Assembly: GCA_030679895.1 (NCBI GenBank)
Contig: JAUXSN010000047.1
Coordinates: 1,328-65,327, forward strand
Reading direction: 5' to 3'
Length of the DNA stretch: 64,000 nt
Source: Candidatus Moraniibacteriota bacterium
GTDB taxonomy: Bacteria > Patescibacteriota > Minisyncoccia > Moranbacterales > UBA11712
This document shows, in pieces, positions 8,955 to 18,144 of the stretch. Made by a program: the position numbers and the translations under genes. Position 1 is the stretch's first letter. Every line of letters begins with the position of its first letter. The notes beneath the pieces were generated by a model. It ran no database searches and had not been told where the DNA came from. It was given only the letters and a program-made list of their open reading frames with translations.

Positions 8955-9029
8955 TGGTAGCCCTACGGGGAATCGAACCCCGGTTAACGGATTGAAAACC
9001 CGCTGTCCTAACCACTAGACGATAGGGCC
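8955..9029 (-). tRNA. tRNA-Glu(UUC)
   Basis: GGCCCTATCGTCTAGTGGTTAGGAC, loop TTTTCAA, GGTTCGATTCCCC...ACCA; upstream TTGACC-N17-TATCAT (9057-9085). Confidence 0.95.
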
Positions 9030-9145
9030 ATGTCAGAAAACAGTCTAACGAGCGTTATGATAATAAATTTTTTCGAATTGGTCAATGTTTTCGCCCGAAA
9101 GTTCCCGCTATTCACAAACTCCCGATAAGAGGTTAAGATAACTTT

Positions 9146-10762
9146 ATGATTGATAATAAACAAAATATGAGCAAACATCCCGAAGTTAATCAGCCCATTG
9201 CTGATTTTATCGCCGATCTAAAGAACAATTTTTCCATCGAAAAAGCCAAGGAAGAAGCGGAAAAAGAAACAAAAGAAGCGGAAGTTGAGGAAGCCGGAGA
9301 CAGCATGGCCAAACTCTACGAGAAAGTCAGAAATCTGATCGAGTATAAGGATGACCATCTTATAAAAAGGACGGCCATTGAACGTATTTTGAAGAGAAAT
9401 TTGATTATTGAATTCCGGCAGCAAAACTTTTCCGATCAGTTCTTGAACGAGCTCGTAATGGCCGGCTATCTGGAAAAAAAAGAAGCTGACAAGAAGCTTA
9501 AGGAAAAAATCAAAAATACCATTGCTAAATATCAAAGGGCCGTCAAGGAAACGGGAAGTTATCGAATGAAAAAATGGCTCACCGCTGTGGCTTCCTGTGA
9601 AATTGAGGCGATTATTTTTCCCAATCCAGCTCGATATGCTCTGACCCGGGCCATGTATCAAACTGTAAAAAAGAGAATTATTATCAAGGGCGGAAATAAA
9701 ATTAAGGAGGGAGATAAAGATATCCAAATTTTTTTATCGGTTCTCCGGTCCCTCTCGAAGCTTGATAAGGCTAATCTGAACTATTCTCTTCTTAAAATAT
9801 TTTTGCCTGATTGGTTCAAGGTCGATCTGACCGAAAAAGAAATCGAAAAATGCATTTTAGAATTCCCCCGACTCGCAAAGTCTTTGCAAAATAAGCTGGA
9901 AAATCCCCTCTCGGCCAAAATCGGCATTACTCTCCGGAAATACGCGGTTTATTTCAATATATTTTACGAAACAGCCCTTTCCAATATTGAAAAAATCGAT
10001 AAAATTCTTGCCAATCCGGAATCCCTTAAATTCACGATCCAGCTGGCGGCGGACGAGGTTTATGACTGGGAGATGAAAAAGTTCAGAAAACGAGTCAAGC
10101 GAAGCCTTATTTTCCTCATTATCACGAAAATAGTGTTGGCGGTAGCCGTGGAATATCCATACGACCTCTATATCAGCGGAGAAACAAATTTCCTTCCGAT
10201 TTATATAAATCTGCTTTTCCCTCCCCTCTATTTGATCATTTTATCGGCCACTATTCGCCGCCCCAGCCAGGAAAATTCAAAGATGATCGCGAAAGGCGCC
10301 GAAGAAATCGTTTACGAAAAGAAGGAAGATCCCATAGCCATAATCAACTTAAAAGAATTAAAAACAGCTTCCGATTGGTCTCTTAACATATTTTTCATCG
10401 TCACCTACGGCGTTTCTTTCGGACTAGCTGTTTGGATCCTGGATATTTTCAAATTCAACTGGCTCGGCATCCTGATATTCCTGTTTCTCTTCAGCGTGGT
10501 GAGCTTCTTCAACGCTTTGGTCCGCCAGCCCGTCCGGGAATTGCTCGTTGCCCGGGAGAAAGAAGGAATGGTCGGCGTAATAATCGACACGCTTTCGATG
10601 CCTTTCGTCAGAATCGGAAAATGGATGTCGGTCAATTTTTCCCGGGTCAATGTTTTCATTTTCTTGTTCGATGTCGTCATTGAAGCCCCTTTCAAAGTGG
10701 TCGTGCGCTTTATCCAGCAATGGGCGGGATTTTTGAGAAAGCAGAAAGATGAAATGATATAG
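9146..10762 (+). CDS. Hypothetical membrane protein (helical N-terminal domain plus C-terminal TM bundle)
   Basis: 538-aa ORF with several hydrophobic segments after residue ~320; no motif recognised. Confidence 0.8.
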   Translation: MIDNKQNMSKHPEVNQPIADFIADLKNNFSIEKAKEEAEKETKEAEVEEAGDSMAKLYEKVRNLIEYKDDHLIKRTAIERILKRNLIIEFRQQNFSDQFLNELVMAGYLEKKEADKKLKEKIKNTIAKYQRAVKETGSYRMKKWLTAVASCEIEAIIFPNPARYALTRAMYQTVKKRIIIKGGNKIKEGDKDIQIFLSVLRSLSKLDKANLNYSLLKIFLPDWFKVDLTEKEIEKCILEFPRLAKSLQNKLENPLSAKIGITLRKYAVYFNIFYETALSNIEKIDKILANPESLKFTIQLAADEVYDWEMKKFRKRVKRSLIFLIITKIVLAVAVEYPYDLYISGETNFLPIYINLLFPPLYLIILSATIRRPSQENSKMIAKGAEEIVYEKKEDPIAIINLKELKTASDWSLNIFFIVTYGVSFGLAVWILDIFKFNWLGILIFLFLFSVVSFFNALVRQPVRELLVAREKEGMVGVIIDTLSMPFVRIGKWMSVNFSRVNVFIFLFDVVIEAPFKVVVRFIQQWAGFLRKQKDEMI

Positions 10763-10779
10763 GGATAATTTGAAATTTA

Positions 10780-12486
10780 ATGAGAAAGTATTTTAAGAAC
10801 ATACCCTGGGAGTACTTTTTGCTCGGCTTAATTATTGTCGTTGCCATCTTCCTGCGCGTCTATCATTTCTCCGACTGGCTTCACTTCGGAATGGATCAGG
10901 CGCGGGACGCGACGCTGGTTTCGGAAGCGGTGCAAAAAGGAGCCGGCCAGCTTCCGCTTCTCGGTCCGCGGGCCGGAGGAACCTTTGTGCGACTCGGACC
11001 GGTTTTTTATTATTTTCAATATCTCTCGGTCAAAATTTCCGGCTCAACCAGTCCGGCGGTTTTTGCCTATCCCGATCTGATATTTTCAATTCTCACCGTT
11101 CCGCTTCTTTTTCTCTTCCTTCGATTTTATTTCAGGAAACTCACGTCTGTCCTCGTAACAGCGCTTTATGCTTTTAATTTCGTCATTATCCAATTTTCCC
11201 GTTTTGCCTGGAATCCCAATTCCATTCCTTTTTGGACGCTTCTTGCTTTCTATTCTCTTTTAAGGCTGACGGAAGAAAAGGAGCAAAAAAAACGATGTTT
11301 ATGGATTTTTTTAGCGGCAATCGGCTGGGTAGTGGCGGGGCAACTTCATTTCGTGGTTTTGGCGGCTATACCGGCGGTGATTTTTCTTTTTTTGCTTTGG
11401 ACGGGAAACTGGCGGAAATTTAGCTGGAAAGAAGGTTTGCTGGCAATCCTCATCATCCTTATCCTGTTTTCTCCGGTGATTCTTTCGGATATCAAGATGA
11501 AAGGAGACAACGTCAAGCAGTTTCTTTGGGCTTTCCAGTATAAACCGCAGGATCATAGCCTTTTTCAAAATATAAAAACTGATATCTTGATGCATGCCAA
11601 CTACTACACACTGATTCTAACCACCTACATCAGTCCGACAGGCAAAGCCTCGCTAGCCGCAGGGATTATACTTGCACTTTGGGGCTTAGGATATCTAAGC
11701 TATGCTTTGCAGAAAGAAAAAAATGAAAAGAGAAAAAATTTTATTAAGCTAATTTATATTTGGGCAGCTGTTTCGTTTCTGATTCTTATTCCCTTTGCAT
11801 TTCAGATCAAGCCGCGCTTTTTATTTTTTGAAATATTCATTCCTTTTATTTTTGTCGGCATGGGCATGGAATGGCTGCTAAAAGAGGAAAAGCATAAAAA
11901 ATTAATTTTATTTGCAACGGCTACTTTGGTATTGGCAGTGATTGCCCTCAACGTTGAAGCAACCCTGGCTTGGTTTAACAAACTGGGAAACGGGGGGAAA
12001 TTCAGCGTCTGGGGCAACCGACCTTCATTTATTCAATACCCCAGGGCCATTACTGTCTCCGATTTCGAACAAGCTGCTGAAGCGGTGAATAACAAATGGC
12101 GGGAAAACCAGGCCAAGCTTTATTTTTACGGCAACCTGGAGCTTCGCAACCCGGTGCTTTACATTCTCGAGAGAAAAAATCCCGAAGTTGATTACGCATA
12201 CATCGGCTACCGAACCAGGGATTTTTCCGGAAGATATTTTTCAATTAGTACGGCTGGGGGCGGACTCGAATCATTGCCGAAACATTATCAGGCGAAGTTT
12301 TATTTGATTGAAAATAAAACTTTTGAAAAACTGGCCATTCAGGAGCTTGAGCTAAAGGAAATCCAGCCTAAAGAAAGCGAGAAAGAAAGCCTAAAAAAGC
12401 CCAGGATTGAATCAGAAACAGAGAAAAATGCTAAAAAGGGACTGAAAAAGGGAGAGAGGGTGTTGTGGGAAGACTTGTTTGAGTAA
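10780..12486 (+). CDS. ArnT/PMT-like membrane glycosyltransferase (GT-C fold)
   Basis: FLRVYH...DQARD...PLLGP...LGPVFYY...SRFAWNPN, many TM segments. Confidence 0.85.
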   Translation: MRKYFKNIPWEYFLLGLIIVVAIFLRVYHFSDWLHFGMDQARDATLVSEAVQKGAGQLPLLGPRAGGTFVRLGPVFYYFQYLSVKISGSTSPAVFAYPDLIFSILTVPLLFLFLRFYFRKLTSVLVTALYAFNFVIIQFSRFAWNPNSIPFWTLLAFYSLLRLTEEKEQKKRCLWIFLAAIGWVVAGQLHFVVLAAIPAVIFLFLLWTGNWRKFSWKEGLLAILIILILFSPVILSDIKMKGDNVKQFLWAFQYKPQDHSLFQNIKTDILMHANYYTLILTTYISPTGKASLAAGIILALWGLGYLSYALQKEKNEKRKNFIKLIYIWAAVSFLILIPFAFQIKPRFLFFEIFIPFIFVGMGMEWLLKEEKHKKLILFATATLVLAVIALNVEATLAWFNKLGNGGKFSVWGNRPSFIQYPRAITVSDFEQAAEAVNNKWRENQAKLYFYGNLELRNPVLYILERKNPEVDYAYIGYRTRDFSGRYFSISTAGGGLESLPKHYQAKFYLIENKTFEKLAIQELELKEIQPKESEKESLKKPRIESETEKNAKKGLKKGERVLWEDLFE

Positions 12487-12507
12487 ATTAGAAATTGAAA
12501 AATAGCG

Positions 12508-13266
12508 ATGAAAGACGAAAAAAAATACAAAAGCGAGCCCTTCTTCATGAATGGTAATAATGGGATTGGCATTTTATTGTTCCATGGCTGGTCTTCTCCG
12601 CCTGATGAATTTTTGTCGCTCGCGAAATATCTCAATTCTTTCGGCTACACTGTTTCTGCCCCCCTACTCGCCGGACACGGGACAAAGCCGGAAGATCTTC
12701 TAGGCGTGACTTGGCAGGAGTGGATGCAAGATTCCCAAAAATATCTTGGCGATCTGAAGAAGCAAACACCTCGAATTTTTGTCGGAGGGATTTCGATGGG
12801 AGGAAATTTGGCGATGCTTCTGGCTGAAGATGAAAATGTCGCGGGAGTGATCACTATGGGCGCTTCAGTCAAATTTCACTTTCAAGTTTTGGTGAAAATA
12901 GGCCTTTTTTTTATGGGACTGACAAAAACCTACAGGAAGAAATACTATCCCCCGTGGGTGAGAAAAAAAATGGGCAAGCACGATGTTTATCCCTATTATC
13001 CCGTCAAGAGCGCCAAGGAAGTCGTGAAGCTCGCAGAATACACGCAAAACAATCTTTCAAAAATCAGAAAGCCCATACTCATTATGCAGTCGACCACCGA
13101 CCACCTGGTTTCCCACAAATCGCCAAAGATGATTTATGACGGCGTCAATTCCGAAGTAAAAAATATTTTTTGGGCGGAGAAAGCCTATCATGTTTTTATA
13201 AACGGCGAGGGAAAGGAAAAAGCGTTTGAAAAGATAAGAGAATTTATTTCGCGGATTATTTCCTAA
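12508..13266 (+). CDS. Alpha/beta hydrolase, carboxylesterase family
   Basis: LLFHGW, LAGHGT, GISMGG nucleophile motif, D and H of the triad (DHLV, YHV). Confidence 0.9.
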   Translation: MKDEKKYKSEPFFMNGNNGIGILLFHGWSSPPDEFLSLAKYLNSFGYTVSAPLLAGHGTKPEDLLGVTWQEWMQDSQKYLGDLKKQTPRIFVGGISMGGNLAMLLAEDENVAGVITMGASVKFHFQVLVKIGLFFMGLTKTYRKKYYPPWVRKKMGKHDVYPYYPVKSAKEVVKLAEYTQNNLSKIRKPILIMQSTTDHLVSHKSPKMIYDGVNSEVKNIFWAEKAYHVFINGEGKEKAFEKIREFISRIIS

Positions 13267-13303
13267 CATTCAATGTTAGGAGCACCTAACATTCAATGTT
13301 AGG
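13262..13303. repeat. Tandem pair of identical 19-bp palindromes
   Basis: CCTAACATTCAATGTTAGG at 13262-13280 and 13285-13303. Confidence 0.9.
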
Positions 13304-13318
13304 GTGCTAGGAAATACA

Positions 13319-14527
13319 ATGCGCATAGCCATCTTCACTAACAACTATCTTCCAAATCCCTACGGCGTTTCGGGGTCTGTCGAAAGTTTCCGCAAGGAAT
13401 TCGAAAAATTGGGCCATGAGGTTTATGTGTTCGCGCCACATTGGAAGGGATTCATTGATGAATGGAAGCTAAACTTCCACGATGGAAGTTTAGCTTCCAA
13501 GAGCCCTCGTGTTTTTCGTTACCCTTCCTTTGAAACAAATGTGAAAATAAGGTTTCCTTTGGCAATCCCCTATTCCGGGAAAATTGATAAAATTTTAGAA
13601 GATTTGGATCTGGATATCATTCATTCCCAACATCCGAATCTTCTCGGAAGCGCCGCGATGAAGTGGGCAAAGAAAAAAAATATTCCCCTCGTCTTCACTT
13701 GGCACACGCTTTATGACCAATACGCGCATTTCGCGCCTTTTGTCCCGCGGCGCATCGCCGCATGGTGGACGATCCGCAACGCGAGAATTTACGCCAACCG
13801 GTGCGACGCGGTAATCACGCCCACGCCGTCAGTGATCGAAATAATCAGAAAATGGGGCGTAACAAATAAAAATATCACGGCTATTCCGACGGGGGTGGAG
13901 GAAAATCAATTCGCCGATCCCGATCGGAAAAGCATAAGGGAAAAATATAATATCCAGAATAAAGAAGTTCTCTTAATCTTATTTTCACGGCTGACGGCAG
14001 AAAAAAATGTCGAGTTTCTTCTCGGCTACGTGATTGAAATTTTGAAAAATAATCCAAAGGCAAAATTTTTGATCTGCGGCGAAGGAGATCTGCGAAAAAA
14101 ACTGGAAGAGCAAGCTTCGAAAAGCGCCGCGGCAGAAAAAATATTTTTCGCCGGTTTGGTTCCGGATGATATCAAGAAAAATTATTTTTCTGCCGGGGAT
14201 ATTTTTGTTTACGCCTCAAAATCGGAAACGCAGGGAATGAGTCTCACCGAGGCGATGTACACTAGTCTTCCGATTGTCGCGGTTCGGGCAACCGGAGTGC
14301 AAGATATTGTCGAAGACGGCAGAACGGGATTTTTGGTTTCGGAGGATAAAAATGAATTTCAAACCGCGGTGGAAAAATTGATTGATAACGAAAGCTTGCG
14401 GAATAAATTCGGCGAGGAAGCGAAGCAGGTGGCAAGAAAAAAATATACTTCTTTAGTTTGCGCAAAAAAAATGCTTGAAGTTTATAATAATGCAATAGAA
14501 ACAAGAAAAGGTACCTTATTAAAATAA
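13319..14527 (+). CDS. GT4 glycosyltransferase (diacylglycerol glucosyltransferase-like)
   Basis: MRIAIFTNNYLPNPYGVS, HTLYDQYAH and SETQGMSLTEAM motifs. Confidence 0.9.
   Translation: MRIAIFTNNYLPNPYGVSGSVESFRKEFEKLGHEVYVFAPHWKGFIDEWKLNFHDGSLASKSPRVFRYPSFETNVKIRFPLAIPYSGKIDKILEDLDLDIIHSQHPNLLGSAAMKWAKKKNIPLVFTWHTLYDQYAHFAPFVPRRIAAWWTIRNARIYANRCDAVITPTPSVIEIIRKWGVTNKNITAIPTGVEENQFADPDRKSIREKYNIQNKEVLLILFSRLTAEKNVEFLLGYVIEILKNNPKAKFLICGEGDLRKKLEEQASKSAAAEKIFFAGLVPDDIKKNYFSAGDIFVYASKSETQGMSLTEAMYTSLPIVAVRATGVQDIVEDGRTGFLVSEDKNEFQTAVEKLIDNESLRNKFGEEAKQVARKKYTSLVCAKKMLEVYNNAIETRKGTLLK
13463..13499. repeat. 37-bp perfect inverted repeat in-frame in the GT4 gene
   Basis: TGGAAGCTAAACTTCCA-CGA-TGGAAGTTTAGCTTCCA. 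Confidence 0.85.
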
Positions 14528-14550
14528 AATTTACTGCCATATTTTTTTAT

Positions 14551-14630
14551 TGTCATTCCCGCGAACGCGGGAATCTAGTTTCTATGCATAAAAGTTTAAT
14601 TTCTGGATCCCCGCTTTTGCGGGGATGACA
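14551..14630. repeat. REP/dRS3-like paired palindromic element
   Basis: TGTCATTCCCGCGAACGCGGGAATCTAG...CTGGATCCCCGCTTTTGCGGGGATGACA. Confidence 0.85.
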
Positions 14631-14647
14631 AAACATAGTCTGAAGAA

Positions 14648-15208
14648 ATGAAAATCCTCCCCCGCAAATTCTATTCCCGCCCTACATTGAAAGTCGCCCA
14701 GGATCTCCTCGGTTGTTTTCTTGTCCGCAAATACCGCGGAAAAATATGGCGCGCCATGATAACCGAAACCGAAGCCTATGTCGGCGAGAAAGATCTGGCC
14801 TGCCACGCTTCAAAAGGAAGAACTCCAAGGACGGAAGTGATGTATGGCGAGCCCGGCCACGCTTACGTCTATATGATTTATGGCATGTATCATTGTCTCA
14901 ACATCGTGACCGAAAAAAAAGATTTCCCCGCCGCGGTTTTGATACGCGCAGTGGAAATTATAGATAATCCCCCTCTCCTTAATAAGGAGAGGGTTGGGGT
15001 GAGGTTAAACGGCCCCGGAAAACTTTGCAAATTTCTGAAAATAGACAGGAAACTCAATAAATGGGATCTGACAAAAAAAGATAAATTATGGCTGGAACAC
15101 CGTGGCTCAAAAATTAAGCTGGATAAGATAAAAAAGTCTAAGCGTATAGGCATTGACTACGCCCAACACTGCCGGGAATCTTTGTGGCGGTTCACTTTAA
15201 ATTCCTAA
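14648..15208 (+). CDS. mpg: DNA-3-methyladenine glycosylase (AAG/MPG family)
   Basis: ITETEAY, YVYMIYGMYHCLNIV, AVLIRA, GPGKLC and RIGI motifs. Confidence 0.93.
   Translation: MKILPRKFYSRPTLKVAQDLLGCFLVRKYRGKIWRAMITETEAYVGEKDLACHASKGRTPRTEVMYGEPGHAYVYMIYGMYHCLNIVTEKKDFPAAVLIRAVEIIDNPPLLNKERVGVRLNGPGKLCKFLKIDRKLNKWDLTKKDKLWLEHRGSKIKLDKIKKSKRIGIDYAQHCRESLWRFTLNS
14971..15006 (+). repeat. 36-bp hairpin-plus-tail element inside mpg
   Basis: CCCTCTCCTT-AAT-AAGGAGAGGG-TTGGGGTGAGGTT; near-identical to 29419-29454. Confidence 0.85.
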
Positions 15209-15277
15209 TCAACGAGATTAGGAATGTCGCTTGTATAAAGCAATATTTATCAATTGTTTCACGCAATCTGTCGACCA

Positions 15278-15306
15278 TTGACAGGTTGCTTTTTATATGA
15301 TAAAAT
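15278..15306 (+). promoter_or_regulatory. Near-consensus sigma70 promoter with extended -10 and no convincing downstream CDS
   Basis: TTGACA-N17-TAAAAT preceded by TG. Confidence 0.75.
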
Positions 15307-15312
15307 AGATAG

Positions 15313-15458
15313 TTGATTTGAAAATCGAGAAATTTTGCGGGAAACTTTCCACCTCGCTCCCCCCTCATCCGAGTTCGCCAGCGCGTTATCGCTGTCTGGC
15401 GAATTCAGATGAGGGAAATTGTGAAAAAAAACAGCGGCTGAAAAGCTACTGTTTTTTT
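15313..15458 (+). ncRNA. Candidate ~145-nt small RNA
   Basis: Lies between the promoter above and a terminator (15424-15458); long hairpin CCCTCATC-CGAGTTCGCCAG...CTGGCGAATTC-AGATGAGGG. Confidence 0.5.
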
Positions 15459-17541
15459 ATTCCAAATGCGCTTCTTTATCCATTTTTTCCAAAGCGCTTT
15501 TCAACACCGGAAATTTTTCAAGTTTCGGGTCGAGCGCGAAAACGGATTGGGCTTCCAAGCGGGCTTGCTGGATGAGCTTCACGTCTCCCAAATGCTTCAT
15601 TGCTCCGTCGGCGATTCCGGATTGGCGCTTTCCGATGAATTCGCCCGGACCGCGGATTTCAAGGTCCCTTTCGGCCAGCTTGAAGCCGTCTTCGGACTCG
15701 ATGAGGGCTTTCAGTCTTTTTTTCGTCGTTTCCGAAGTCGAATCCGTGAGCAAAAAGCAGTACGATTGCGCTTTGCTCCGGCCGACGCGTCCGCGGAATT
15801 GATGAAGCTGGGCGAGCCCAAAGCGATCTGATCCTTCAATGACCATAATCGTCGCGTTCGGAACATCCACGCCGACTTCGATAACGGAAGTGGAAACCAA
15901 AATATCGCACTCTTTATTTTTAAACCGCGCCATCACTTCTTCTTTTGCCTTTGGCTTCATCCGGCCGTGAAGGAGTCCGATTTTAAGATCCGGGAATATT
16001 ATTTCCGACAATTTTTTGTGCTCTTCCATCGCCGCTTTGCCGGCTATTTTTTCCGATTCTTCGATAAGCGGAAAAATGAAAAAAGCTTGGCGGCATTTTT
16101 TTATTTCTAATCGTATAAATTCATAGACTTTGTTTCTATTCTCGGTCGTAACTACTTCTGTAATAATTTTTTTTCGTCCTTTAGGCATCTCGTCGAGAAG
16201 CGAAATGTCAAGATTGCCAAAAAAAGCGAGGGCCAGCGTTCGCGGAATGGGAGTAGCTGTCATGGTGAGAAGATGGGGAACGCTTTTTTTCAGTCCGTCT
16301 TTCAGCTCACTCGCCTGTTTTTGAAGTTTGGCTCTTTGCTCCACTCCAAAACGATGCTGCTCGTCGATGATGACCAGAGCCAGATTTTTGAACTGCACAT
16401 CCTTTTGAATGAGCGCATGCGTGCCGATCAAAATTTTTATCTCGCTTCGACGGATTTTTCCCAAAAAATTTTTCCGGGTATTTTTTTTCCAAACCGTCCG
16501 TATTTCACTTCCGATCAAAAGGCCTACCTTTTGCGAAAAACCTTTGAGAACCTTCCCGAATGTTTCAAAATGCTGTTTGGCCAGCACTTCCGTCGGCGCC
16601 ATAATGGCGGTTTGATATCCGGCCATCATCGCTTCCAGCGCCGCGATCGCCGCGACGACTGTTTTTCCCGAACCGACATCGCCCTCGAGTAGCCGATTCA
16701 TCGGATATGATTTTTCCAAATCCCGCAAAATCTGGAAAGCGGATTTTCTTTGAGCCGTAGTCAGTTTGAAAGAAAGCGTCCCGACAAAATCCTTGATCAG
16801 CTTTTCGTCGAATTTTATGGCAATCGCTTTTGACTCTTCCCAGTTCTTTCGGGCCCGTATGGCGTTGAGCTGAATCAAAAACATTTCGGAAAAAGCGATG
16901 CCTTTCTGCGCTTCTTTCAGCCTTTCGAATGAGTCCGGGAAATGAACTTGGCGCAATGCCTCCCGGAGCCCCGTCAATTTTTGTCTTTTCAGTATCGCGA
17001 TGGGAACGATATCCTCAATCTGAGCCGCCGCGGACTTCAGGATTTCCTGCATTTTCCAGCGGATCCAGCGCGAGGTAATTCCTCGAGTTTCCGGGTACAC
17101 GGGAACAATCCGGCCCGTATTGGTGGGTGCGCGACTGGCAAGCTCATAAGTCGGATTGGAAAAATAGGCGTCTTTGCCGTCCTGTACCAGTTTTCCGCTC
17201 AAACGAATTTTTTTATCCTTCGTGAGAGAGTTTTCGAGGTAGGGCTGATTGAACCAAACCGCCCGGACTGAACCCGAATCGTCCTGGATCAATATTTCAG
17301 TGATGCTCATTTTTTTCCTGTAGGTCCGGATGCTTTTCGCGTCGATTATTTTCCCTTCGACCGTTGAAACAACATCGATTTTGAGATTCCCGATCTTTTC
17401 GATGTTTGAAAGGTCGTCATAACGAAAAGGAAGGTAATATATAAAATCACGGACCGTTTCGATGCCGAGATATTTTAATTTTTCGGCATATTTCGTCCCG
17501 ATCCCGGAAATATATTTTATGGGCGAATTAAGATTTGTCAT
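15457..17541 (-). CDS. recG: ATP-dependent DNA helicase RecG
   Basis: RLLEGDVGSGKT, DEQHRFGV, MTATPIPRTL and QLHQFRGRVGR motifs. Confidence 0.97.
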   Translation of the reverse strand: MTNLNSPIKYISGIGTKYAEKLKYLGIETVRDFIYYLPFRYDDLSNIEKIGNLKIDVVSTVEGKIIDAKSIRTYRKKMSITEILIQDDSGSVRAVWFNQPYLENSLTKDKKIRLSGKLVQDGKDAYFSNPTYELASRAPTNTGRIVPVYPETRGITSRWIRWKMQEILKSAAAQIEDIVPIAILKRQKLTGLREALRQVHFPDSFERLKEAQKGIAFSEMFLIQLNAIRARKNWEESKAIAIKFDEKLIKDFVGTLSFKLTTAQRKSAFQILRDLEKSYPMNRLLEGDVGSGKTVVAAIAALEAMMAGYQTAIMAPTEVLAKQHFETFGKVLKGFSQKVGLLIGSEIRTVWKKNTRKNFLGKIRRSEIKILIGTHALIQKDVQFKNLALVIIDEQHRFGVEQRAKLQKQASELKDGLKKSVPHLLTMTATPIPRTLALAFFGNLDISLLDEMPKGRKKIITEVVTTENRNKVYEFIRLEIKKCRQAFFIFPLIEESEKIAGKAAMEEHKKLSEIIFPDLKIGLLHGRMKPKAKEEVMARFKNKECDILVSTSVIEVGVDVPNATIMVIEGSDRFGLAQLHQFRGRVGRSKAQSYCFLLTDSTSETTKKRLKALIESEDGFKLAERDLEIRGPGEFIGKRQSGIADGAMKHLGDVKLIQQARLEAQSVFALDPKLEKFPVLKSALEKMDKEAHLE

Positions 17542-17633
17542 AACTTTATTCTATCGCAGTTCAGATAAAGTATAAAGCGCGACGCAAAAAGACCCTCGCG
17601 GGCCTATTTTTGGCTGAAGCTATAATTTTTTTC

Positions 17634-17710
17634 TGGTGCGCCCGGTAGGACTCGAACCTACAACCTTCTGGTCCGAAGCCAGACACTCTATCCAATTGAG
17701 CTACGGGCGC
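17634..17710 (-). tRNA. tRNA-Arg(UCG)
   Basis: GCGCCCGTAGCTCAATTGGATAGAG, TCTGG-CTTCGGA-CCAGA, ...ACCA; promoter TTGACC-N17-TAGATT at 17723-17751. Confidence 0.94.
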
Positions 17711-17765
17711 AAATACTAAACTAATCTAACAAAAAACGACCGGATGGTCAATGTTTTTCTTATCT

Positions 17766-17822
17766 AAAGCTAAGCTTTTCCCTTACTCGCTATTCGCTCG
17801 CAATTCCTCAAAGCTTAGCTTT
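17766..17822. repeat. Inverted pair of 13-bp palindromes at the end of the pil operon
   Basis: AAAGCTAAGCTTT ... AAAGCTTAGCTTT; same AAGCTAAGCTT core as the 13463 and 32972 elements. Confidence 0.6.
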
Positions 17823-17823
17823 T

Positions 17824-18144
17824 TTAAAAACCTTCTGGATAAAAAATGTCCTTGCCGGTAAATTTATAATCGCTCTCAAGTCTTTCCTTTTTCAACTTGA
17901 TCAGATCGGTAACTTGTCGATAACTCTTCTCATCAAAAGAAAATACGGCCTGTTCTTTGATATACTCCTGTTTTTTTTCTTCGCTCCAATCAGCATTATA
18001 AACAAAGCTTTCCCATATCCAAACGGCGTATGCCGCAACTCCCAATAAAAAAATGAGATAAAGCCAGCGCAAAATGAAAACGCTTGTTTTCCGCAAGATT
18101 TCTTTTCCCCGATCGATTTTTTTCGACTTTTTAATTTCCGTCAT
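17824..18144 (-). CDS. Small single-TM protein, last gene of the pil operon
   Basis: Overlaps the upstream pilO-like gene; one TM helix. Confidence 0.75.
   Translation of the reverse strand: MTEIKKSKKIDRGKEILRKTSVFILRWLYLIFLLGVAAYAVWIWESFVYNADWSEEKKQEYIKEQAVFSFDEKSYRQVTDLIKLKKERLESDYKFTGKDIFYPEGF

Noticed and set aside
13262-13303. Possible mini-CRISPR array
   Set aside because: Only two 19-bp units with a 4-bp gap, no spacers and no cas genes. No CRISPR array was seen anywhere in the window.
15318-15575. 85-aa plus-strand ORF behind the strong promoter
   Set aside because: TTG start, crosses a terminator and overlaps recG antisense, no protein-like features; an RNA product is more plausible.
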